In this document: in pieces, positions 27,565 to 37,181 of the stretch
Layout: each line of letters begins with the position of its first letter
Position numbering within the stretch: the first letter of the stretch is position 1
DNA from: an uncultured Clostridia bacterium
GTDB lineage: Bacteria; Bacillota; Clostridia; Christensenellales; Borkfalkiaceae
DNA: 64,000 bases
Direction: 5' to 3'
Assembly: GCA_944367415.1 (NCBI GenBank)
Contig: CALVWN010000035.1
Coordinates: forward strand, 1,212 to 65,211
The notes under the pieces: model-generated
What the model was told of the DNA's origin: nothing
What the model saw: the letters and a program-made list of their open reading frames with translations, nothing else
Databases searched by the model: none
Program-made: the position numbers and the translations under genes

Positions 27565-28671
27565 ATGGTGACAGAGGAGAACATCCAGAAATTCAGCAAG
27601 CAATGCGCGAACATCTTCGAGCAGGTGGGGCGCGACGTGATCGGACAAAAGGACGTCGTCGAGGGCACGATCATTGCCATGATCGCCGGCGGCAACGTGC
27701 TTCTGGAGGGCGTGCCCGGCGTCGGCAAGACGAGACTTGTCCGTTCGCTCGGCAGAGTCTTCAACCTTCCTTTCTCGCGTATCCAGTTCACGCCCGACCT
27801 CATGCCCGCAGACGTGACGGGTACCAACATCATCGTCAAGGATGAGAACGGGAACTCGCAGTTCCAGTTCCAGCCCGGGCCGATCTTCAGCAACATCATC
27901 CTTGCGGATGAGATCAACCGTGCGACGCCCAAGACGCAGTCGGCGCTTCTGGAGGCGATGCAGGAGCATACGGTCACGGTCATGGGCGTGTCGCGCAAGC
28001 TGAACGAGCCGTTCTTCGTCCTTGCGACGCAGAACCCCATCGAGCAGGATGGTACCTATCCTCTGCCTGAGGCGCAGATGGACAGATTCATGTTCAAGCT
28101 CATCGTGCCCAATCCCGGGCTTGACGAACTCATGCAGATCGTCGACATGACGCAAAAGACGATGGCGGAAGTGGCGGACGCGGCGTGCAGCGGCGAGGAG
28201 CTGCTTGAAATGCGCCGTACGGCGAACCAGATCCCTGTTGCGGAGGACGTCATGCGGTATGCGATGACGCTCTGCTCGGCGACCCATCCCGACAGCGAGT
28301 GCGCGACCGTCGCATCGAAGCGCTATGTGCGCCTCGGCGCCAGCCCGCGTGCAGGTCAGGCGCTCATCTCGGCGGCGAAAGTCCGTGCGCTCATGAAGGG
28401 GCGCTTCAACGTCGCATACAGCGATCTCAACGAACTCGCGTATCCCGTTCTTCGCCACAGGATCAAGATGAACTTCGAGGCGATCGCGGCACGCATCAAG
28501 CCGGACGACGTCATCAAGATGATCGTCGACGAACTCAACGGAAAGAAACCGGAGAAGGCTGCGCCCGCAGCGGCAGCCGAGGCGGAGGCGCCTGCAGCGG
28601 CGGCCGAAGCGGAGGCGGAGACGACCGACGGAAAAAAGGGCAAGCGTAAATTCTTCGGGAGAAAGGAATGA
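27565..28671 (+). CDS. MoxR family AAA+ ATPase
   Basis: Contains VIGQKDVV...GGNVLLEGVPGVGKT (Walker A), ILADEINRA (Walker B) and NPIEQDGTYPLPEAQMDRF (AAA_3/MoxR pattern). A TTG at 27544 is an alternative start. The C-terminal tail is unusual: Ala/Glu-rich, then basic. Confidence 0.95.
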   Translation: MVTEENIQKFSKQCANIFEQVGRDVIGQKDVVEGTIIAMIAGGNVLLEGVPGVGKTRLVRSLGRVFNLPFSRIQFTPDLMPADVTGTNIIVKDENGNSQFQFQPGPIFSNIILADEINRATPKTQSALLEAMQEHTVTVMGVSRKLNEPFFVLATQNPIEQDGTYPLPEAQMDRFMFKLIVPNPGLDELMQIVDMTQKTMAEVADAACSGEELLEMRRTANQIPVAEDVMRYAMTLCSATHPDSECATVASKRYVRLGASPRAGQALISAAKVRALMKGRFNVAYSDLNELAYPVLRHRIKMNFEAIAARIKPDDVIKMIVDELNGKKPEKAAPAAAAEAEAPAAAAEAEAETTDGKKGKRKFFGRKE

Positions 28672-29567
28672 AAGGATCTTACTTAAACGATGAATTTTTC
28701 AGCCGTCTGGAGGCACTTGCCTTCAACCTTCGTGCGGATCTCGCAGGGTTTTTCGGCGGAAAACATCTTGTAAAGACATACGGCCAGACGGTCGAGTTTG
28801 CCGATTACCGCGAATATATGCTGGGGGACGACATCCGCCGCATCGACTGGAATCTGTACAGCCGCTTCGAAAAGTATTTCCTGAAGCTGTTCACGGATGA
28901 ACGTCAGATGCACGTCCGGATCTTTCTGGACTGCTCCGCGTCGATGGGGCGGGCAAATCCCCAAAAGGGCAGCTATGCGATCGCCGTTGCCGCGGCGATC
29001 GGATTTCTTGCGATCCATAATATGGACAAGGTCTCCTTTCAGCTCATTCGCGGCGACCGTGCGGAGAATCCGTTCGGCACCATGATCGGGAAAAACGCAT
29101 TTTTCCGTGCGATCGGGGAACTTGAGAATATTACCTTCGAAGGCGAATCCAACCTGTCCGAGGCGATCACGGGATGCGGCGATACCGGAACGAATGACGG
29201 GATGACGGTGATCATTTCCGACTTTTTCACGGAAAACGATTGGAAAAAGGCGGTGGATTACCTGTGTTTCAAAAAACGTCAGGTCATGCTCATCCAGGTG
29301 ATGACGCCGGAGGAAGCGGATCCCGCGTACAGCGGGCGCGTCAATCTCATCGACGCCGAGGCGGAGACGCTGGAGGACGGGCGCAATATGAAACTGCGCA
29401 TCACGCGCGGGATGCTGGAGGCCTATACGGAAGCCCTGCGGGATATGCTGGGTGATATCCGTTCGTTCAGCGCATCGCGCGGCGTGGATTTTATCACGCT
29501 GCAAACCGATCAGCCGATTGAGCGCGCGTTGTTTGGCGAGCTCATAAAAGTAGGAGTCATGGGATGA
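28668..29567 (+). CDS. DUF58 domain protein (VWA-like, MoxR partner)
   Basis: ATGA overlap with the moxR stop. Contains the DYREYMLGDDIRRIDWNLYSR motif characteristic of DUF58, followed by a VWA-like FLDCSASMG segment. Confidence 0.9.
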   Translation: MKGSYLNDEFFSRLEALAFNLRADLAGFFGGKHLVKTYGQTVEFADYREYMLGDDIRRIDWNLYSRFEKYFLKLFTDERQMHVRIFLDCSASMGRANPQKGSYAIAVAAAIGFLAIHNMDKVSFQLIRGDRAENPFGTMIGKNAFFRAIGELENITFEGESNLSEAITGCGDTGTNDGMTVIISDFFTENDWKKAVDYLCFKKRQVMLIQVMTPEEADPAYSGRVNLIDAEAETLEDGRNMKLRITRGMLEAYTEALRDMLGDIRSFSASRGVDFITLQTDQPIERALFGELIKVGVMG

Positions 29568-31510
29568 TAGAATTACTTGTGCCTCTCGGGCTTTTGGGGT
29601 TGATCGGAATCGCCGTTCTTATTCTGATCTATATCTTAAAGCCCAATTATCAGCAGAAGATCGTATCGAGTACATACGTCTGGAAGCTGAGCTTGCGATA
29701 CAGGGGGAAGAGGATCCCGGTCAGCCTGCTCAGGAGCCTTCTTCTTTTGCTGTGTCAGATCCTTGCGCTGACGGCGTGCGCGTTTATTCTCGCGCAGCCC
29801 GTGATCCCTGCCGGCGCCGAGCGGGATGAAAACGAACAGATCCTCATCATCGACGCTTCTGCCAATATGCTTGCGGCAGACGAGAATATGACGCGGTTCG
29901 AGCGCGCCGTCGATCTTGTGATCGAGCAGGCGGGGCAGGTTTTGAACGAATCGGGCGTCGTCTCCGTCATTCTTGCGGATGAAGAGGCGGAAGTTCTCGT
30001 CAACCGTGCGGATGAGTCGCAGCGGCTGGAGGTTGTGGATGCGCTCGACGAATTGGTCGCAGGAGGGGCGCTGCGCTGTTCTTACGGGGCGGCGGATCTG
30101 GAGGGCGCCATGTCGCTTGCGACGCGCATCCTCGACCTGAACCCGTTTGCGGAAGTCTATTATTTTACTGCGACGGAATATGTGAACGAAGGCGACGTCA
30201 CCGTTGTCGACGTGAGAGGGGAGCGCGATTGGAATGCCGCCATTTTGGACGCGGAGATCTCGCTCGAAGAAAATTTTTACACCTTTACGGTGGATCTTGC
30301 AAGTTACGGCAGGGCATCGTCGGTCGATCTGCACTGTGATATCTACGGCGCCAATAACGATCGCGTCACAGTCTCCCTCGTCTATCCGAATATCCAATGC
30401 GCGATGGGGGAGACGCAGACGGTCGTCTTTCGTACCGGGGTCAATGAGGCGCCCGTTTCCTGCGAAATTCCGGTCTCCGCTTATGACAGCGTCCTCATCT
30501 GGATCGAGATCCCGGAAGAGGACGGATATTCTTACGATGACACCATTACGCTCTATGGCGGCCGTCCCGAGGCCATCAATATCCTGTATGCGAGTTCCAA
30601 GATGAATCCGTTCGTCAGCAACGCTCTGATGGCGCTGCGCAGCGAGCTTGCGCTCCGCTGGGATATCAAGATCCAGGAGGAGCGTGTCGGCGGAACGACC
30701 TATGAGGAGGTCGCGGAGGGCTACGATTTCTATGTCTTTGAGGGAGTCGCTCCGGAAGTGTATCCTGCGGACGGCGTCGTCGTTCTTCTCGATCCGCCCA
30801 CGGTGATCAATCGCACGGACATCATTTTCGGAAATCAGATACAATATCCCAATCCCGGTATCGACATGACGATCGGGGAGCCGCATCCCATCACGGACGG
30901 ATTGATCCAGAGTTACCTTTCGGCAACGCGTTATACGCAGATCCTTGCCTCCAACGGGTATGAGGCGCTCATGTTTATCGGTGAAGATCCGGTGCTGATC
31001 TATAAAGATCAACCGGGTTCCCAGATCGTCGTGATGCCGTTCAGCGTCAATTATACGTCGTTGCCTCTCGTCAATCTTCCCACATTGTTCTACAATATTT
31101 TCAACTATTATATCCCTTCGGCCGTGACCAATGCGGAAGGGGAGGCGGGCTTCATGTTTGAAATCGGCGATACCGTCGATCTGAGCGCGCGCGGTACGGG
31201 ATTGACGCTGACCGATCCGTCCGGAACGGAGACACCGATCGATTCGTCCTTTGAGCAGATCGTTGCGGAACAGCCGGGCGTCTATCGCGTGACGCAGGTT
31301 CTCTCTTCCGGGATGATGCAGACCAGCGAGTTCTACGTCAAAGTCGCGGCTGCGGAAAGCGATGTGACGCGCACGGAAGATACACTGTTCAATCCGGCAT
31401 TTCCGGAGCTTCCCGAAAATGAAGACCTCGATCTGTTGTTCTATTTTGCGATCGGTCTTGCGGCACTATTATTCATCGAATGGCTGTTACAGCTCAAGGA
31501 TAATTTCTGA
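29564..31510 (+). CDS. BatA-N (aerotolerance regulator N-terminal double-TM) domain protein with a degenerate VWA-like region and a C-terminal TM
   Basis: ATGA overlap with the DUF58 stop. The N-terminus LLVPLGLLGLIGIAVLILIYILK...R is BatA-N like. IIDASANM (29852-29866) is a degenerate MIDAS. The C-terminal hydrophobic helix is FYFAIGLAALLFIEWLL. Confidence 0.8.
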   Translation: MIELLVPLGLLGLIGIAVLILIYILKPNYQQKIVSSTYVWKLSLRYRGKRIPVSLLRSLLLLLCQILALTACAFILAQPVIPAGAERDENEQILIIDASANMLAADENMTRFERAVDLVIEQAGQVLNESGVVSVILADEEAEVLVNRADESQRLEVVDALDELVAGGALRCSYGAADLEGAMSLATRILDLNPFAEVYYFTATEYVNEGDVTVVDVRGERDWNAAILDAEISLEENFYTFTVDLASYGRASSVDLHCDIYGANNDRVTVSLVYPNIQCAMGETQTVVFRTGVNEAPVSCEIPVSAYDSVLIWIEIPEEDGYSYDDTITLYGGRPEAINILYASSKMNPFVSNALMALRSELALRWDIKIQEERVGGTTYEEVAEGYDFYVFEGVAPEVYPADGVVVLLDPPTVINRTDIIFGNQIQYPNPGIDMTIGEPHPITDGLIQSYLSATRYTQILASNGYEALMFIGEDPVLIYKDQPGSQIVVMPFSVNYTSLPLVNLPTLFYNIFNYYIPSAVTNAEGEAGFMFEIGDTVDLSARGTGLTLTDPSGTETPIDSSFEQIVAEQPGVYRVTQVLSSGMMQTSEFYVKVAAAESDVTRTEDTLFNPAFPELPENEDLDLLFYFAIGLAALLFIEWLLQLKDNF

Positions 31511-31522
31511 GGAGGTACGGGT

Positions 31523-34279
31523 ATGTCTGATTTTGAGATCGTTTTTTCCCAACCTCTCTGGTTGCTGCTTCTGATCCCGGTGCTGTTTTTTGTGCTGTTT
31601 CCCTATTTCAGGCTGGAAAAAAAGTATCGCCGCACGAGAAACCGCATCATTTCCATTGTTTTACATTGTCTGATCATGCTGCTTGCGATCTCTTTGATCG
31701 CAGGGATCCAATTTACATACACCTTGCCCAATGAGGCAAACGAAGTATTGCTGCTCGTCGATGTTTCGGACAGCAGCGAGCAGTCGCGCGAGGCCAAGGA
31801 CGAATACGTCCGGTCGGTGATCGATGCCAAACTTCCCACCATTCAGCTGGGGATCGTCACGTTCGGATACAATCAGGTCTATGCTGCCGAGCTGAGCTCC
31901 GATAACGATTTGCTGTACGATGCGTATCTGGATGCACCGCTTCCCGACACGACGGCAACTGATTTTGAGAGTGCGCTCCGCTATGCCCGTACGCTGATCA
32001 CACAGCCGGAGTCGGCAAAGATCATTGTCGTCAGTGACGGCGATGAGACGGACGGCGCCGCGCTTGAATACATTGCAACGCTTGCGGCGGAGGGGATCAA
32101 GGTCGATACGGCGTTTTTCCCCAATGAGAACGCAAATAACGAGATCCGCATCGTCGACGTGCAGTTCCCCGAGGGCAGCCTTTCGGTCAGGAGCGAATTT
32201 GAACTTCTGCTCACCTTGCAGACCAATGAGGTGTTGGAAGCCGGGCAGGCGCACTTGGTGCGGGTGGTTCCCTACGATAACGATGTTGCGGGCGAAGAGC
32301 AGTTGGTCACGTTGAGCGGCGGAAGCCAGACGGTCTCGATCCCGTTTTCCTTTGCGGAGCCGGGATTGCATCGTGTCAGTTTCAGGATCTCCGACTACGA
32401 GAACGGCGGTGACACGCTGACGGAGAACAATCTCTACAACGCCTACTATTATCTGGAAGTTTACGACGATCTGTTCATTCTCGAGCGTACGGCGGGGGAA
32501 TCGGCAGAACTTGCTGCCGTCCTGGAGGAAGCAGACTACAATCTGACCGTGATGACGCCCGCAAGTCAGGATCTTCCCGCGACCGTTGACGAACTGCGCG
32601 AATATGATGAGGTCATTCTCTACAACATCGCCAACGCGGATATGCCGGTCGGATTTGACGCCATTCTCAATTCCTATGTGAGCGACTACGGCGGAAGCCT
32701 GTTTACGGTGGGCGGACGCACGACGGATGATAGCGGAAAAACGGTCGCAAACGCATACAACCGCGACGACCTGCGCGGAACGCTTTACCAGGAGATGCTC
32801 CCTGTGGAGGCGGTCGACTATACGCCGCCCATCGCCGTCGTCTTTATCATTGACCGCTCCGGCAGTATGATGGGAAACAAACTGGAGCTTGCCAAGCAGG
32901 GCGCTCTGGAGAGTCTGAGCATTTTAAGTGCGAGAGACTGGGTCGGCGTCATGACGCTGGAGGAAGAATATTCCGAGGAGCTTGCGCTCACGCCCATTCC
33001 GCAGCTTGCCGACATTGAGGAAGCGATCAATTCGATCGAATCGGGCGGCGGCACAAATTATACGGGCGCGTTGATTCGTGCGGGCGCGGCGCTCTCCATG
33101 TGTTCGAGCGTGCAGCAGCGCCATATCGTCATACTCAGCGATGCGATGCCGTCCGATCACCTTTGGGCGGATGCGATCAACCAGACCGGCGGGTACGGCG
33201 GCGCCATCAAGAGCAACTATGAGAACTACGGGATCACCACGACGATCGTTTCGGTCGGTACGGGCGGAAATTCTTCGGATATGCAGACGGCGGCAGAGGT
33301 CGGACACGGGAACTACTATGAAGAAACCGATATGAACCGCCTCGCCAATCTGCTCATGGAAGATCTGCAGGCGACCAACGTGCTTGAGTACGAGGATTCG
33401 GAGCCGTTTACGCCGCGCATCGACGACGTGACGACTGTCGTGCAGGGGATCGTCCAGTCGCAGATCCCGCAGTTGGGCGGATATTTCGGAACGCGGCTCA
33501 AATCCGGTGCAGATCAACCGCTCATCACGCCGCACGACGGTGTGCCCGTCTATGCGCAGTGGGATTACGGAAACGGCAAAGTCGGGAGTTTCATGTCGGA
33601 GCTTTCGGGTGAGTGGGCTGCAGCCTTCTATCAAAGCGAGACGGGAATTCAGCTCATATATAACATGATCACGGCGTTGTATCCCGATGAAAGCGTCAAG
33701 CCGCAGAATGTCGACCTTCGCCTCGAGCGGCAGAATTATACGACAGAAGTCAATATCTTCAATGTTCTCGAAGGGGAGACGGCGGAGATCACGGTGACCG
33801 GGCTGGAAAGTGCGGACGGGTCTGCTCCCGTGGCGGTGGAAGTCATTCAGCCGACTGCGGCGGATCATTTCAGCAGTGCTTCCTTTGTCATCCGTGAGCC
33901 GGGATACTATTCCGTACTTGTAGAAAAAAAGGATGCCGACGGAAATGTGATCGCTTCGGCAACGCAGTATGTGTCGTTTTCCTATTCTGCGGAGTACAAA
34001 TACTTTGTCGATGAGGAGGCGTCGGAGCAGTTTCTGTCCGATCTTGCCGCGCAGGGCGGCGGGGAAAGCATCGAGGAGGCCTGGCAGGCGTACGAGAACC
34101 TTGTCCTTCGCCTGAACCGCTCGTTTGATCCGCGCATTTTGTTCTCTATCCTCATCATCGTCATGTTCCTGCTCGACGTTGCGGTGCGCAAGTTCAAATT
34201 CAAGTGGCCGCACGAGATCATTCGCGATCACAGGGAGCGGAAGAAACTGATGCAGGACAACAAGACCTCGCTGTTATGA
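31523..34279 (+). CDS. BatA-N / double VWA domain membrane protein (918 aa)
   Basis: RBS is GGAGGTACGGGT. After a BatA-N style N-terminus there are two canonical MIDAS motifs, DVSDS (31760-31774) and DRSGS (32852-32866), with a GATase1-like segment between them (EYDEVILYNIANADMP...GGSLFTVGG). A C-terminal TM is present. Confidence 0.85.
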   Translation: MSDFEIVFSQPLWLLLLIPVLFFVLFPYFRLEKKYRRTRNRIISIVLHCLIMLLAISLIAGIQFTYTLPNEANEVLLLVDVSDSSEQSREAKDEYVRSVIDAKLPTIQLGIVTFGYNQVYAAELSSDNDLLYDAYLDAPLPDTTATDFESALRYARTLITQPESAKIIVVSDGDETDGAALEYIATLAAEGIKVDTAFFPNENANNEIRIVDVQFPEGSLSVRSEFELLLTLQTNEVLEAGQAHLVRVVPYDNDVAGEEQLVTLSGGSQTVSIPFSFAEPGLHRVSFRISDYENGGDTLTENNLYNAYYYLEVYDDLFILERTAGESAELAAVLEEADYNLTVMTPASQDLPATVDELREYDEVILYNIANADMPVGFDAILNSYVSDYGGSLFTVGGRTTDDSGKTVANAYNRDDLRGTLYQEMLPVEAVDYTPPIAVVFIIDRSGSMMGNKLELAKQGALESLSILSARDWVGVMTLEEEYSEELALTPIPQLADIEEAINSIESGGGTNYTGALIRAGAALSMCSSVQQRHIVILSDAMPSDHLWADAINQTGGYGGAIKSNYENYGITTTIVSVGTGGNSSDMQTAAEVGHGNYYEETDMNRLANLLMEDLQATNVLEYEDSEPFTPRIDDVTTVVQGIVQSQIPQLGGYFGTRLKSGADQPLITPHDGVPVYAQWDYGNGKVGSFMSELSGEWAAAFYQSETGIQLIYNMITALYPDESVKPQNVDLRLERQNYTTEVNIFNVLEGETAEITVTGLESADGSAPVAVEVIQPTAADHFSSASFVIREPGYYSVLVEKKDADGNVIASATQYVSFSYSAEYKYFVDEEASEQFLSDLAAQGGGESIEEAWQAYENLVLRLNRSFDPRILFSILIIVMFLLDVAVRKFKFKWPHEIIRDHRERKKLMQDNKTSLL

Positions 34280-34289
34280 GGAGGGCTTC

Positions 34290-37115
34290 ATGAGAAAACT
34301 GAAAATCACCTTCATTTTTGCCGCATTGATCTGCTGCCTGTTTGCGTTGGCGGCCTGCGGCGGATACAAACTTCCCGCTCCGAACGGATTGTATATCAAT
34401 TCCGATACGCTGGAGCTTTCATGGTACAGCGTGGAGGAAGCGAACCGGTTCCGGATCGAAATCAACGGATCGGAGATCGATTCCTCCGTCCGGCAGACCT
34501 CCTATTCTTTGGAAACGCTGGAGCCGGGCAATTACACCATCCGCGTCAAAGCGACGGACATCACCGGAACATACCGCGATTCCGCATGGTCGGATTCCAT
34601 CGAGTTCGTCCGTGAGGAGGAATCGGGGCTTTCCTTTGAACTGCTCAACGGAAGAACGTCATATGCGGTGGTCGGCATCGGCACGGCGACGGGGGACGTC
34701 GTCGTGGAAGATTATTTCCGCGGAAAGCCGGTGACGGAGATCGCAGAGAATGCATTCTCCGGCGCCAGCTCGATTACGGGCATCACGATCGGAAACAATG
34801 TGACGAGCATCGGTGACTATGCCTTCTATTATTGCACGTCTTTGAAATCGATCCGGATCCCGGACAGTGTGACGCAGATCGGTGTCAACGCCTTTCAGAG
34901 CTGCCAGTCCCTGGAGGAGATCGACCTTCCCGATTCCATCACGGCGATCCCCGATTTTGCCTTCTCTTACTGCCGTGCGCTCAAACAGATCGAGATCCCG
35001 GCAGGGGTGACGCAGATCGGAACGTATGCGTTCCGCGATTGCAATGCGCTGGAACGTGTGACGATGTCGGATCAGGTCGTTTCGATCGGGGAAAGTGCCT
35101 TTTACAACTGTTCTTCGCTGACGCAGATCGATCTTTCCGACGGGCTCCTGTACATCGGCGCCAAAGCGTTTTATGCCTGCGGATCGCTCCGGGAGGTCAC
35201 ATTCGGGAGCAAACTTCTCATGATCGATTCCGAGGCGTTTTCCTCCTGTACGGCGTTGACGGAGATCCTGCTGCCCGATGTGCTCTATTCGATCGGGAAC
35301 AACGCCTTTGAAAATTGCACAAGCCTTGAAACGGTACATTTCCCGCAGGAGCTGCAGACCATCGGCGCGCGGGCGTTTCTCGGATGTACCTCGCTTGCAG
35401 ATGTCAACTTCGGCAATGACGTCATTTCGATCGGGGCATATGCATTTTCGGGGACGGCGCTGTGGGAAAATACGCCGGACAGAGAGGTCGTCTATGCAGA
35501 CGACTGGGCGATCGGATATAAGGAAGTGGAAGGAGAGACGGCGTCTTTCACGCTGCGGGACGGGACGGTCGGCATCGGCGATGACGCGTTTTATGGGTCT
35601 TCCATACAATCCATCGTTCTGCCGGATACGGTGCGGCACATCGATACCTATGCGTTTGCCTACAGCGATCTTGCCGGGATCGTGCTGAGCGCCGATCTGG
35701 AACGGATCGGGCGAGGGGCTTTTCTCGGCTGTGAAAATCTGATGGCGGTGACGACGACTTTCTCGACCAGACTGCGGGAGATCGACGACTATGCGTTCTA
35801 TTTCTGTCCGCGCCTGAGCAGCATTGATCTGCCCGATTCCGTCGAGACGATCGGAACATACGCCTTCAACGAGACGGCGATGTGGAACGCGGGCGGCATC
35901 ATCTATGCGGACAATTGGGTCGTCGGGTACAACGGAGACATCCAAAATGCCGTACTCCGGGCGGGTACGGTCGGGATCTCCGATCTGGCATTTTATGAAT
36001 GTACGACCTTGCGGAGCGTGACGCTTCCGGAAGGGTTGAAGGAGATCGGGTTAGGTGCTTTTTACGGATGCGAATCTCTGACAGAGGTCACCATTCCCGA
36101 CAGCATCGAAGTGATCGCCGACTATGCGTTTTACGGGTGTTATTCTCTCAGCACGGTGACGTTGGGAAACAATGTCAGAGAAATCGGACAATATGCATTT
36201 TTCGGGAATATTTTCCTCAGTTCCATTGTGCTTCCTGAAAGTCTGACGACGATCGATGCGTATGCATTTTATTTGTCCGGACTGTCGAGCCTGACCATCC
36301 CGGACAGTGTTACGACCATCGGAACGAGTGCGTTCTATGGCAGCGGTCTGGAGCAAGTGATCATCGGTTCCGGGGTTCGGGAGATCGGGCAGCGCGCCTT
36401 TCAGAATTGCTCCTTTTTGTCCGACGTGACGTTCCGGGAAGGTCTTGAAACGATCGGCGCGCGCGCATTCTACGGATGTCCTTCCCTTGCGTCCGTCAGC
36501 TTCCCCGATAGTTTGCGGACGATCGGAGAGTATGCGTTTTATAAAACGAATTTGGTGGCGGCGAACATCGGTTTGAGAACGATCGACTTCGGAACGGGTG
36601 TTGAGGTGATCGGCTCCCATGCATTTACAGGGAACAATTCTCTTTCGACGGTGTATCTTCCCGAGAGCGTCACTTCCGTCGGAGATCAGGCGTTCCGCGA
36701 TTGCTTGGGACTGAGCTGCATCATGATCGGAAGCAATGTTGTCGAGATGGGAAGCCATGTGTTCTATAACTGTGTCTTTGCCGGGATCTTTTGTGCGGCG
36801 CAGTCGCAGCCCGAAAGCTGGGAAAGATTCTGGAATTCTTCCTATCGGCCCGTTCTCTGGGGATGCACGTTCTCGGAAGACGGCTATGTGATTTCGTACA
36901 CGAAAGGGGAGATCGGCAATGCAATCGAAGGGAATGATCTGCGCGGCCCCACGCGGCTTGGATACTCGTTGGAAGGTTGGACGACGGTGAACGGATCGAC
37001 GACTGCGGAATATATGACGGAAGATCTCTATACGCTGGAAGAGGGAACGACGGTTTATACGATATGGACAAAAACGCAGGAACCGGAGGAACCGGCCGAA
37101 GAGCCGGCGGCATGA
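34290..37115 (+). CDS. BspA-type LRR surface lipoprotein (941 aa), last gene of the MoxR/VWA operon
   Basis: It starts 10 nt after the preceding stop, after GGAGGG. The signal peptide ends LFALAAC. The translation shows an FN3-like module (LELSWYSVEEANRFRIEINGSEI), a long LRR_5 array, and a C-terminal Listeria-Bacteroides-like repeat (LGYSLEGWTT...TVYTIW). Confidence 0.85.
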   Translation: MRKLKITFIFAALICCLFALAACGGYKLPAPNGLYINSDTLELSWYSVEEANRFRIEINGSEIDSSVRQTSYSLETLEPGNYTIRVKATDITGTYRDSAWSDSIEFVREEESGLSFELLNGRTSYAVVGIGTATGDVVVEDYFRGKPVTEIAENAFSGASSITGITIGNNVTSIGDYAFYYCTSLKSIRIPDSVTQIGVNAFQSCQSLEEIDLPDSITAIPDFAFSYCRALKQIEIPAGVTQIGTYAFRDCNALERVTMSDQVVSIGESAFYNCSSLTQIDLSDGLLYIGAKAFYACGSLREVTFGSKLLMIDSEAFSSCTALTEILLPDVLYSIGNNAFENCTSLETVHFPQELQTIGARAFLGCTSLADVNFGNDVISIGAYAFSGTALWENTPDREVVYADDWAIGYKEVEGETASFTLRDGTVGIGDDAFYGSSIQSIVLPDTVRHIDTYAFAYSDLAGIVLSADLERIGRGAFLGCENLMAVTTTFSTRLREIDDYAFYFCPRLSSIDLPDSVETIGTYAFNETAMWNAGGIIYADNWVVGYNGDIQNAVLRAGTVGISDLAFYECTTLRSVTLPEGLKEIGLGAFYGCESLTEVTIPDSIEVIADYAFYGCYSLSTVTLGNNVREIGQYAFFGNIFLSSIVLPESLTTIDAYAFYLSGLSSLTIPDSVTTIGTSAFYGSGLEQVIIGSGVREIGQRAFQNCSFLSDVTFREGLETIGARAFYGCPSLASVSFPDSLRTIGEYAFYKTNLVAANIGLRTIDFGTGVEVIGSHAFTGNNSLSTVYLPESVTSVGDQAFRDCLGLSCIMIGSNVVEMGSHVFYNCVFAGIFCAAQSQPESWERFWNSSYRPVLWGCTFSEDGYVISYTKGEIGNAIEGNDLRGPTRLGYSLEGWTTVNGSTTAEYMTEDLYTLEEGTTVYTIWTKTQEPEEPAEEPAA

Positions 37116-37132
37116 ACTTTTGAAACGGCAAA

Positions 37133-37165
37133 CGGGGCGCAGACCGGTTTGCGGCGTGCGCCCCG
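37133..37165. terminator. hairpin between the convergent LRR gene and rarA
   Basis: 9-bp GC stem CGGGGCGCA / TGCGCCCCG with a 15-nt loop. There is no clear T run, so confidence is modest. Confidence 0.5.
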
Positions 37166-37181
37166 CCTCTGACGGGCAGTG

